64,000 nucleotides of DNA from Nitrosopumilus sp. (lineage in GTDB: Archaea; Thermoproteota; Nitrososphaeria; Nitrososphaerales; Nitrosopumilaceae). The translations under genes were made by a program, and so were the position numbers. The DNA is taken from contig CBDBLX010000002.1 in NCBI GenBank assembly GCA_965207445.1, forward strand, positions 2,103,849 to 2,167,848. Reading direction: 5' to 3'. The first letter of the stretch is position 1. Each line of letters opens with the position of its first letter. The notes beneath the pieces were generated by a model that saw nothing but the letters and a program-made list of their open reading frames with translations, did no database searches and was not told where the DNA came from. Shown in pieces: positions 51,092-61,500 of this stretch.

Positions 51092-52999
51092 GTGAACAAT
51101 ACAGACATACTAACAAGGGTGCGAAATACATTGGATCAAGATAGTGAAAAGACAGATCATCGTGTTGATTTTCAAATTCACAAAGAGATTGTGTTTGTAA
51201 CTATTGGTTCTATTGTAGGCGCCATTATTATGCAGATTCCAGAAATATTTGTTCATGGTTTTGGCAACATATCTTATGCACTAATATGGATTGTATTTGG
51301 AGATACATTGAGTTCTTTTGATAAAGGTGCGGAATTTCTAGTGCATGTATCATCAGCAGTCATTGTGGGCATTATTGTAGGAGTAATGTTACATCGTACA
51401 TTAAAAATTGATGTTTCAGTACTCATAAAAGGACTCTTCTTTGGATTAATTGCATGCGGTATTGTATTTGCCGCATTTGCAACACCTACAATATACCTAC
51501 TATTGACAGGATCATATGATGCGGCCATGAACACATACGAATTTTCCTCTACAGTATTGTTTGAATCAATTTTTACACATATTGTCTGGGGATTGGTACT
51601 AGGGGCAATCACCACAGCGTTGACTCGTAAATACGGTGCCAATTATCGTTGCAGTATTTGTGATGTTGTCTTTTCCAATACCAAAACTCTAAAGGCTCAC
51701 AAATCACATGTACATGGAAGTGGTTCGGCTTCAATGAAGCGCATACTAATACTAGGGGGCGGATACGCAGGCGTCACTGTGTTAAACAAGATCCAAAAAC
51801 AGTTCAACAACGACGTTGATGTGAGTATAAATCTAATCAGTGAATCAAATTTTTTTCTACATACACCAATGCTACCTGAGATGGCCACAGGCATCATCGA
51901 GGCACGCCACATCTCAACTCCAATACGAAAGTTTTGTAAAAGGGCGAGATTTTATCAAGCCCGTGTAACCTCAATAGAACTAAAGAACAATCAAGTTATT
52001 ATGCACAAAATTGGAGAAAACAAAACAGATGTACTTGCATATGATTATTTGGTTATTGCAGCAGGTATGAAGACTAGTTTTTATGGAAACAAAAACATAG
52101 AGCACAATGCATTTACCATCAAGACTATGGATGATGCAATAAATATCAGAAACCACATAATTGGTATACTTGAGCATGCGGACCAAGAACACGATACTGA
52201 GATACGAGACGAACTTATGACATTTGTGGTTGTTGGTGGTGGGTTTGCAGGTGTACAGATGGTAGGAGAGTTGAACTCGTTTGTACGAGGTTCGGTTAAA
52301 AATTATTATCACAATATACCAAAATCATCTATAAAAGTGATACTAGTACATAAAAATGAAAAGTTGCTACCTGAATTCGAAGATTTGGGCACACATGCAG
52401 CCGCAACACTAACAAAGGTAGGAGTTACGTTGTACGGTAATAAAAAATTAATTGATTATGCAAATAAAGTAGCAAAATTCAGTGACGGTACAACTACCAA
52501 TACTAGGACACTAATATGGGCAGGAGGAGGTAGAGTGGATGAGGTCATATTAAACACAGATACAGAACATCACGAATCAGGGCGCATTATAACGAATTTA
52601 CATCTAAGTCTAAAAAACAACCCAGATATTTTTGTGTTAGGTGACTGTGCATTTCTCACTAATCCACGTAACGGAATACCATATCCACCAACTGCCCAAC
52701 ATGCATTAGAAGAAGCAAATCTAGTTGCAGAAAATCTCACAAACAGAGTAAAGCATATAGGAGTACAGTATGATTTTAAATACAATACAACAAGGTCCAT
52801 GGCCAAGTTAGGACATATGCGAGGAGTGGCAATAATATTTGGAATGAAAATCCGAGGGCCTCTTGCATGGATTATATGGAAACATTATAATCTCTCAAAG
52901 CTTCCAACTACTGAAAAAAAGATACGAGTAGGATTTGACTGGTTCATAGACTTGTTCTTCCCACGTGATATAACTAGACTCTCAAACAAAACAGATTAG
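51092..52999 (+). CDS. Type II NADH dehydrogenase-like flavoprotein with an N-terminal multi-TM domain and a C2H2 finger
   Basis: GGGYAG, GGGFAGV, LGDCA, PPTAQHA; CSICD...HKSHVH. Confidence 0.88.
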   Translation: MNNTDILTRVRNTLDQDSEKTDHRVDFQIHKEIVFVTIGSIVGAIIMQIPEIFVHGFGNISYALIWIVFGDTLSSFDKGAEFLVHVSSAVIVGIIVGVMLHRTLKIDVSVLIKGLFFGLIACGIVFAAFATPTIYLLLTGSYDAAMNTYEFSSTVLFESIFTHIVWGLVLGAITTALTRKYGANYRCSICDVVFSNTKTLKAHKSHVHGSGSASMKRILILGGGYAGVTVLNKIQKQFNNDVDVSINLISESNFFLHTPMLPEMATGIIEARHISTPIRKFCKRARFYQARVTSIELKNNQVIMHKIGENKTDVLAYDYLVIAAGMKTSFYGNKNIEHNAFTIKTMDDAINIRNHIIGILEHADQEHDTEIRDELMTFVVVGGGFAGVQMVGELNSFVRGSVKNYYHNIPKSSIKVILVHKNEKLLPEFEDLGTHAAATLTKVGVTLYGNKKLIDYANKVAKFSDGTTTNTRTLIWAGGGRVDEVILNTDTEHHESGRIITNLHLSLKNNPDIFVLGDCAFLTNPRNGIPYPPTAQHALEEANLVAENLTNRVKHIGVQYDFKYNTTRSMAKLGHMRGVAIIFGMKIRGPLAWIIWKHYNLSKLPTTEKKIRVGFDWFIDLFFPRDITRLSNKTD

Positions 53000-53434
53000 A
53001 CCTAGTTGTTTGTGTATATCGTTCATTATACTAGATTAGACATTTGATCATAATTAGTATTTGTACACAAAATTACAAATAAATGTAAATTATGTTTATT
53101 ATAGTGATGATTTAATTCGTTAATGTTGCAAGGTTATAGGGAAAAGTGTTTGATCAAGTATAATACCACAAGTCAAAGAAATCAAAGGTATTCTTCAAAG
53201 AGCATGACATCATACTATCCTAGTACTACAGGGGCACTCGTATATAATTAGATTAAAAAGTGAATACTTGCACATAATATTCATAAATTATTTAAATTCA
53301 ACATATATTATCTAAAACACATAAGATCATAAAATAACACAAAATAATAAAACATGATTAAATTATGTACGACTACTTGCAAGATTAATCATCAAGCTCA
53401 AAGGGTTAAATAATATCTCACTTGTCTCATCATA

Positions 53435-54469
53435 ATGAGTACAAAAAGCGCAGTTGTAATGAAAGGAGACGGAATAGGTCCAGAAGTAGTTGATGCCATG
53501 CTTATGGTTATCAAAGAATGTGGTATTCAATCAGAGATTATAATGTGTGAAGCAGGCTCAGAACAATGGGATCGTAATGGAAGGAAAGAAAAATCATACA
53601 TACCAGATGACACCATGAATACACTTCATAAAGCAGATGCATGTTTCAAAGGTCCAACCACAACAATTCCCATACCCGATGCTCCAAAAAGCGTAGCAGT
53701 CACGCTTCGACAAAAGTTTGATCTTTATGCAAATATAAGACCCAGTAAGACATATGAACGACTCTCGCCAGGTGTAAACCTAGACTGTGTGTGTTTTAGA
53801 GAGGCAACAGAAGGGTTGTATACAGGCATTGAGGCACGAATAACCAAAGATACAGCAATTGCAATTAGAAAGATAACTAAACAGGGATGTGATCGTATAA
53901 TAAATGCATCTCTTAAATGGGCCAAAGAGCACAATATGAAAAAGATGGTTGCAATTACAAAGAGAAACATACTCAAAGAGACTGATGGGATATTTTGGAG
54001 TGCAGCACAGCAAGGAGTACAAGGCACAGAAATTGAATTGTCAGAAATTTACATTGATAATATAATGCAACAACTAGTCATCAATCCAAAACAGTTTGAT
54101 GGCACAGTACTTGTGAGTACTAATTTGTTTATGGATATAGTATCAGAATTGGTGTCAGGTTTAGTTGGGTCAATTGGACTCATTTATTCGGCAAATATAG
54201 GTGATCAATTTGCAATGTTTGAGGCAGCACATGGAAGTGCACCGCAATTTGCAGGAAAGAACGTTGTAAATCCAGTTGCGGCAATCTGTTCGGGTGCATG
54301 GATGGCAAAATATCTAGGAGAAGGAGAGATTGCAGATGCAATATTTAGATCCACAGAAGAGGTGGTAAATGAAGGTAAGACAGTGACATGGGATATTGGC
54401 GGATCTGCGAAAACAACACAGATGGCAGATGAGATATGCAAAAAAGCAAAATTAATTTTACATCGTTAA
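53435..54469 (+). CDS. Isocitrate/isopropylmalate/homoisocitrate dehydrogenase family enzyme
   Basis: GDGIGPEV, LYANIRP, REATEGLY, FEAAHGSAP. Confidence 0.92.
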   Translation: MSTKSAVVMKGDGIGPEVVDAMLMVIKECGIQSEIIMCEAGSEQWDRNGRKEKSYIPDDTMNTLHKADACFKGPTTTIPIPDAPKSVAVTLRQKFDLYANIRPSKTYERLSPGVNLDCVCFREATEGLYTGIEARITKDTAIAIRKITKQGCDRIINASLKWAKEHNMKKMVAITKRNILKETDGIFWSAAQQGVQGTEIELSEIYIDNIMQQLVINPKQFDGTVLVSTNLFMDIVSELVSGLVGSIGLIYSANIGDQFAMFEAAHGSAPQFAGKNVVNPVAAICSGAWMAKYLGEGEIADAIFRSTEEVVNEGKTVTWDIGGSAKTTQMADEICKKAKLILHR

Positions 54470-54480
54470 ACCATCATAGA

Positions 54481-55056
54481 TTACAAGTCACGGTTATTCA
54501 TAGTACATTCAATTAATAATAATTCTTCAAAAAATAATTTCTTTCTAGATACAATATGAGCATCATCAAACCCTGCATCGAGTGCATGTTGCATCAAACC
54601 TTTATAGTCAGATAATATTGTGCTGATGAATACAAATCTTCCACCGTTTGCAACATTATAAGATACAGAGTCAAGTATAATTGAGGGTACAACTAACCCA
54701 TCTAGTCCACCATCAGTAGCAAGATAAGTAATTTTATCAGTAGCAAGATATGGAGGATTGCAAACGATTAGATCAAATTTTGCATATATAGCATCAGAAC
54801 CACTACAACATACAAGATTTTCTGTACGATATGTATAAGATTGGTTTTTTAGTACATTAAAATTAATATCAGTGCCAACTACTATATCAAATGTCTTATA
54901 CAGCATCTTTGTGATGTATCCCGAACCACTCCCAACATCAAGAGCCATTTTGCCGCAGGGCAAACAGTTTATGTAATCTGCAAGAAAGAATGTATCCTCA
55001 GAAGGAGGATATTCATCATTCTGACTCTTCGCATCATACATCTTTACAACATCCAT
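54481..55056 (-). CDS. HemK2/PrmC-like methyltransferase
   Basis: YPPSEDTFFL, LDVGSGSG, NPPY, DGGLDG. Confidence 0.88.
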   Translation of the reverse strand: MDVVKMYDAKSQNDEYPPSEDTFFLADYINCLPCGKMALDVGSGSGYITKMLYKTFDIVVGTDINFNVLKNQSYTYRTENLVCCSGSDAIYAKFDLIVCNPPYLATDKITYLATDGGLDGLVVPSIILDSVSYNVANGGRFVFISTILSDYKGLMQHALDAGFDDAHIVSRKKLFFEELLLIECTMNNRDL

Positions 55057-55440
55057 TTATTGCAAATTATGATTATGGTCATATCAATATAACGATTGTT
55101 GTTATTATGTTAATGCGTATTTTAAAGAAATATTTTTTCATTATTGAGTAGTGCTAATTTTACTGGGGACTGAATTTAGTGAGGACTGAATTTAATTTAT
55201 ATATACATATATTATTTTTATATTTTAACTAAAGTAATTGGTCAAATGTTAATTTCACATAAAGACCTCATATGTCTTAAAATTAGAATCTGCACTAGCC
55301 ACCAACAAATATAAAATATCAAAAAATATAAGATTATTTAAAAGACAATTAATTACATAATGTCATATATTAAAAGACCATGAAGATAAATCAACTATAA
55401 GGCAATATACAATAACAATAACAGTTTTGACACAACAGCA

Positions 55441-55767
55441 TTATGAATGGTCTTTTGATATTTGAAGTATCTTTTCCAAAGTTTCTGCAAGGATAAGTTT
55501 CTTCCATCCAAATGTAAAAGAACGAAGTTCTGCCATACTAGTAGGTTTGATGTTTATAATCTCAACTGCTTCATCTTCTGTCAGATTACACTCTTTGATC
55601 AATAATTTTTTCATCTCTACGGCATTTTTTGAATCAGTAAAAGTAAATTTTGATACATAATCATATGTCCATCTCTGAATTTGGTCCATCTCATCTGGTC
55701 CAACTTTACCCAAAATCTCTTTGACCTCTGAGAGTGAGATTGATTGTTTATTTTGTACTTCTTCCAT
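55441..55767 (-). CDS. rpo4: RNA polymerase subunit Rpo4 (RpoF)
   Basis: SLSEVKEIL, AVEIINIKPTSMAELRS; follows rpl21e. Confidence 0.92.
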   Translation of the reverse strand: MEEVQNKQSISLSEVKEILGKVGPDEMDQIQRWTYDYVSKFTFTDSKNAVEMKKLLIKECNLTEDEAVEIINIKPTSMAELRSFTFGWKKLILAETLEKILQISKDHS

Positions 55768-55768
55768 T

Positions 55769-56071
55769 TTATTGCACACCAAAGGGTTTGATATGATCTA
55801 ATCTGGTGATTAGTGTCTTTGTCTTGTTACCGAGTTTTACATGCAAGGTCACAGCTCTACGGCCCACCTCTTTTACAACTCCAACTTTTCCATGATATCT
55901 ACGATGAGGCAGTCCTTTGTGCTGTCGTGGATCTATAATGACAAGAGCTTGTTGTCCCTCACGATATTCACGAAGTAAAAACGATACACCTCTAGGAGCA
56001 CTCTTTTTCATTACAGAGCGGGATTTGTGTCGAAATCCATGTGAGCGGCCATGAGACTTTTTAGTTGCCAT
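55769..56071 (-). CDS. rpl21e: 50S ribosomal protein L21e
   Basis: SHGFRHKSR, KGLPHRRYHGKVG. Confidence 0.96.
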   Translation of the reverse strand: MATKKSHGRSHGFRHKSRSVMKKSAPRGVSFLLREYREGQQALVIIDPRQHKGLPHRRYHGKVGVVKEVGRRAVTLHVKLGNKTKTLITRLDHIKPFGVQ

Positions 56072-56237
56072 GTAAAATACGTCTGTTAAACCCTATTTAA
56101 TCTACTATATTGTACAACACAGAGATTTTAGAGTCATCCCCGCTACACATTCTTTTAATCGAGATGTAAATTTCCACGTACTAAACCATTTAGCCATTAC
56201 AATAGAAGCAAAAATAAAAAATAAAAAAAGAGAGAGA

Positions 56238-57461
56238 TTACTCGTCGGAGTTCTCTACATCAGTAAGATCAATCTCATCATCAAGATTAATCTCAAGTGA
56301 GTCTGCCTTTGGAGCATCGTCATCAACTGTAGCAGGGTTAGATTCAGCAGTAGTGGTCTTTGTCTTTTTGGCAGTTGTTTTCGTAGATTTGACAGTAGTC
56401 TTTGTAGCAGTACTAGACTCTGGTTCAAGTGGTTCATCTTTAGCAGTAGTCTTTGCAGTAGTGTCAGCACTCTTTGTCTTTTTAGTTTTAGTTGTAGTTG
56501 CATCTTCAGGATCAACTACGCCTGCAACATCAAGTGCAAAGATTACTTCTTCCTCTGCATGGTGTGGACTATCTACCATACGAGCAATCCTCTTTTTACC
56601 AGACTTTTTAAAGTAGATTCTATAGGTGCTAGTGTGTGCAACTACATTTCCACCGATCGGTCTAGTTGGGTCACCAAAGAATACGTCAGGAGATGCCATA
56701 ACTTGATTCGTCGCAATTGCAGCGCAATTGTAGATCTCAGCATACCTTGACAGCAGACGGACAAAGTGATTGAGTTTTTGTTGTCTGTTTGAAAGAGTTC
56801 CACGTCCCAGATATTCTGATCGGAACAATCCAACAGCAGAATCTGCAACAATCAATCGGATGTTGTTTGCCTCTATGACAGGTCCTGCACCTTCCAAAAT
56901 TAGTGTTTGGTGTGAACTGCTTTGTGCACGCGCTACTGTAATGTTCTGCAAAACAGATACAGGATCCATTCCATGTGCTTGAGCAATTGAGACGATTCGC
57001 TCAGGCCTAAATGTGTTTTCAGTATCAATGTACAAAACACCACCGTCTAAGCCACCCTCTTCTTTGGTTTTTTGAACCATTACAGACATGGTGTGAGCAA
57101 ATTGTGTCTTACCGCAACCAAATTCACCATACACTTCAGTCAGTGCTTGTGTCTCCAACCCACCATCAAATAGCGAGTCAAGACAGTTTGTGCCAGTTGT
57201 AATGCGACCAATCTTTTGTCTGTTCTCGTAGATCTCACTTGCGCTAACAAAATCTGCAGACAGTTGACCACTATCAACTAGATGTTGTCGTGCTTTGTTG
57301 ACGATCTTCTCGGCACTGTCTTTTTCCATTCCAGTTATGTCTGAAATTTCGACAGGTCCGCGGACGATAAGATCCATAACATTATGGACACCTGCATCAG
57401 ACAGCTTTCGTGTTGTAACGGGGCCGACGCCCTCCAAGCTGTCGAGTTTCATATCTTCCAT
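56238..57461 (-). CDS. radA: RadA recombinase with a long T/K-rich then acidic tail
   Basis: GEFGCGKTQ, YIDTENTFRPER, RQQKL, TNQV, GGNVVAH. Confidence 0.97.
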   Translation of the reverse strand: MEDMKLDSLEGVGPVTTRKLSDAGVHNVMDLIVRGPVEISDITGMEKDSAEKIVNKARQHLVDSGQLSADFVSASEIYENRQKIGRITTGTNCLDSLFDGGLETQALTEVYGEFGCGKTQFAHTMSVMVQKTKEEGGLDGGVLYIDTENTFRPERIVSIAQAHGMDPVSVLQNITVARAQSSSHQTLILEGAGPVIEANNIRLIVADSAVGLFRSEYLGRGTLSNRQQKLNHFVRLLSRYAEIYNCAAIATNQVMASPDVFFGDPTRPIGGNVVAHTSTYRIYFKKSGKKRIARMVDSPHHAEEEVIFALDVAGVVDPEDATTTKTKKTKSADTTAKTTAKDEPLEPESSTATKTTVKSTKTTAKKTKTTTAESNPATVDDDAPKADSLEINLDDEIDLTDVENSDE

Positions 57462-57742
57462 ATTGAATAGCAAAAGTACGGTATAATAAAGGTTTTGTTT
57501 GGTACTTTTACGGTAATTTTAGGTAGTTATAATATTATATCCCAAATAGACAAGTGGAGCTTTTAATATTTTTTCTAACAGACCAGCATAAAAAATAAAG
57601 TTTGAATCAATATTTTGTTAAATTACACAAACACAACACAAGTTTAGACATAAACTACACATTACAATAATAATAATAATAATTGAACAAATACAGACTA
57701 GACAATAAATTAAATATTTTGACACACTAAATCAAATACTAT

Positions 57743-58513
57743 ATGACACACAGAACACTTGTGATACCAGACATACATCACAAATACCATATAGCAGAGC
57801 AGATCATATCAAAGGAACGTCCAGATCTAACGATCTTTTTAGGAGATTATTTTGATGACTTTTATGATACTGCTGATGATGTAGCCAATACAGCAAAATG
57901 GCTAAAAGATTCACTTGATTCTACTTGTACTGAAAATGATAACAAGACAAGTAACTGTAGAATACACTTGATTGGAAATCATGATTTACATTATATGACT
58001 ATGAATCAAAAATTCACATGTAGGGGGCACTCTAGACTTAAACACAACATAATAGACACGTTTGATATTGATTGGAGTAAGTTAAGACTCTATTACTGGC
58101 TAGGAGACACAGATGATATGAGTGATAGGTGGCTATGCACACATGCAGGATTTACAAACAAACTATTTGTAAAATATCTCAAGACAGGCTCAGAAACAGT
58201 CAACGACATTTTACAAAGAACAGATGAGGATCTTGATAATATTCACAATGAGTCAGTAGAACACACATTTTTACAAGCAGGAACCATTAGAGGTGGATCA
58301 GAAAATAGTGTGGGCGGCATTATATGGTGCGATTACAATGAATTTGTTGACATACCAAACACAAAACAAATTTTTGGACACACTAGAGATTTTAAAGTCA
58401 GACATAAAATTACTAGTGCGATAAATTCAGAACATTATTGCATAGACACAACACTATGTAATTATGCAATATGTGACGATTACAACACAATGACAATTAA
58501 AAATGTAGAATGA
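57743..58513 (+). CDS. Metallophosphoesterase
   Basis: PDIH, LGDYFD, GNHD, THAG, FGHT. Confidence 0.88.
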   Translation: MTHRTLVIPDIHHKYHIAEQIISKERPDLTIFLGDYFDDFYDTADDVANTAKWLKDSLDSTCTENDNKTSNCRIHLIGNHDLHYMTMNQKFTCRGHSRLKHNIIDTFDIDWSKLRLYYWLGDTDDMSDRWLCTHAGFTNKLFVKYLKTGSETVNDILQRTDEDLDNIHNESVEHTFLQAGTIRGGSENSVGGIIWCDYNEFVDIPNTKQIFGHTRDFKVRHKITSAINSEHYCIDTTLCNYAICDDYNTMTIKNVE

Positions 58514-58596
58514 ATGGTTAAAGTAGAGAAGAACTTCTCAAACAGTAAATTTCAAAATATAGAATTTAATATATTCTGCGTGGTAGATTGTAAAAA

Positions 58597-61500
58597 TCAT
58601 ACTGGCGTGTGTTGTGTACGATTATAGTCAACATCTGTTTTGTATACGGGTGTTATTTCAGAGGTTGTGTTGTTTTTTAATCTATGAAATGCTATAAAAC
58701 TACCAACAATGGCAATGATACCTCCAATCACAGCACCAACCACTATACCCATGCCAAATGTAGAATCAGAAGAGTTTTGAGTGGGTGTAGTTTCTGATAT
58801 ATCTGCAAACGAATCGACACTGTCAGCAGTATTATCAGCAGTATTGTCAGCAGTATTGTCAACAATGTTATCAGTACCACCATCTATAGAAATTTCAGAG
58901 TCTATTTGAGATGTATTAGGAGGCAATAGTATATCAGCAGTATTGTCGACGATGTTATCAAACATCTTATCGATGGGGGGATTCAGAGTATTATCGATTG
59001 TATTATGGTCAATCACATTATGGTCAATCATAGCACCATCAATCAGATTACCACTATTTTGCCCAAGATCATCAAGAATTGTATTATCAGACGGTATATT
59101 TCTATCAAGTAAGTTTGTATCAAGAGTCACACTAGTGGATATGTTGGATATATCTCTGTAAAATTTTACATTCATGGAGATCGGCTCTATAATAGATTCA
59201 GCGCCATATAATGTGGTATGTGTCATTATAGTGTACATTCCAGAACCATTAATTGGAATGGTTATGAGTGCAGACGTGTAATCATTTTCTACATCACCAG
59301 ATACAGGATAAAAACCACCACCTTCACTAAATGGAGTTACACCAAGCCAATCTATTGATGGCCAATCAAGAAAGTGTCCAAAGACACCAGACGGGACATT
59401 TGTCTGAATTATTTTTCCCGTAGGATCAACTGCAAATATAGACATACTAGTATCAGGTGACTGCCAAGATAGCTCTACAGTAGCAATACCAATAGACTCA
59501 TCATACACATCAAAATAATAATTGCGCCAATCACCTGCCATATATCGACCAACCATATCAAATGAACCTCGTGTGTAGCTGTTGTGATATATGGTGCCAA
59601 GTGAAAAAGTATCAGTGTCAGAAAGATCACTCATATGTACATCGTCATAAACATCAGACAACACAGGTTTGATCGAAACCCCAGTGTCAAAAGCACGTAT
59701 AGAGGTTTTCACGACAAAGGATACAGGTACGTTAACTGTATGATCATCACTTGCAAATTCTATAAATCCTTGATGTACTCCAACCTCAGTGTCATTAGTA
59801 GTGACAAGTGTAATATCAACAGTGCCCACATCATTAGCACCTATTAAAATCTCCTTATTTTCAGGCCATAAAACATCATTCCAAATCTTTTTTGTATAAT
59901 ATTCAGCAGAGATGGTATAATCTAATGCAGTGGCATTCATACCATTTTGTCCAACCCAGTAAGAGTATCTTTGTGGAACTGGATATATCCCAACTATTGG
60001 AATACCTTCAAACAACGTGGCCGGATCAGAGACACGTATCTCTTGGACAGTTCCCCATGAACCACCACGCGTCACCAGTATTAGTTCATTGCTTGTAATC
60101 TCAGAGTCATCATTTGCATCAATCCAATCATATAGATACAAGGATGCAATACTAATATCATCAGCATATACATCAGTGGACATGTTCATAAAATCCGAGA
60201 ATGCGAAATTTACATCAAGTATCAAAAGCGATACATTGTCTAGAAACGGTACATCACCATCATCCAAGAGTCCTCCAAGATGATTATCAGAGTATACATC
60301 TGAAAGCCGTATGTAATTTGGAGTGTATACATTAGTATCATTTAATATTGGATCTTGTTGGTGGGGCACTGTAGTTCCATCATATATGGTACGATGTACA
60401 AGTGACATTACCTGTGGTGTCACGTCTACCCGTATTGCATCTGAGTTAGGATTCTCTACTTTGAATGTCACAGTACTACGATCACCGGATTCCAAATGTC
60501 CAGCAAACCATGCAGTCATAGGTATATTACGATCAGGTAACTCAAAGGCATCAATTCCAGTATTGGTAAGGTTTACAGATGATATGGCAGGTTGTAATAT
60601 TTTACGTATTTGTTGGTAAGAGTCCTCATTATACACAACAAACACACCACCATCACCATGTACAAATTCAAGTGCTGTTCCTGCATCTGCAAGCCCTGCC
60701 CCCTGCACAAACGGATCATTATGGGTATCAAGTGCAGTAGACATCAATATATTACGAACAATAAAAGGATCATAATCTATCAAATTTTCAGTTAATTCAC
60801 TCATTATGAGAGCAGACACTCCTGCCACCATTGGCGCTGCCATGCTAGTCCCACCATAAAGCGTAAACGGATCGCGTGTATCAGCACTCTGTGATGCACC
60901 CATCATGCTTTGAGGTACAAAACCAAAAGCGCCCATACTGATGACATCAGGTCTAACATCGCCAATCACCCCGGGGCCCCTGCTAGTAAAGTCCACAGGA
61001 TGTCCATTATGAGGAATATCTACATTGTCCAGGTTATTATTATCATTATTATTATTATTATCATTATCATCATCAGAATCATTCTCAACACTTGTAACAC
61101 CAAACCTAGGCTGATCCTTGAACGGACCATATCCTACAAAGACATTATTGGTACTAGCACCAACAGATATTCCAAATGATGCAACACCAGGTGTTGACAC
61201 AGTACCATAACCATGGCCAGAATTACCAGCACTTGCAACCATTACCACACCAGGATAATCATCATCAAGGGATCTAGGCATAACAAGCATATCTAGTACA
61301 AGTGATAAGATATCATAACCAGGTGCTGAGCCGACGTTTGGAAAAGTCGAGATTCCAAAACTATTAGATATGATATCAGCACGAGGTATACCTGAAAACT
61401 TCCAGCTAGCGTTATAGTTCTCAAATCCAGCAGACCACAGCCACCCATATACAACATCACCAAGCCAGATTGCCTTTACAGGAAGGATCTTTGCATCAGG

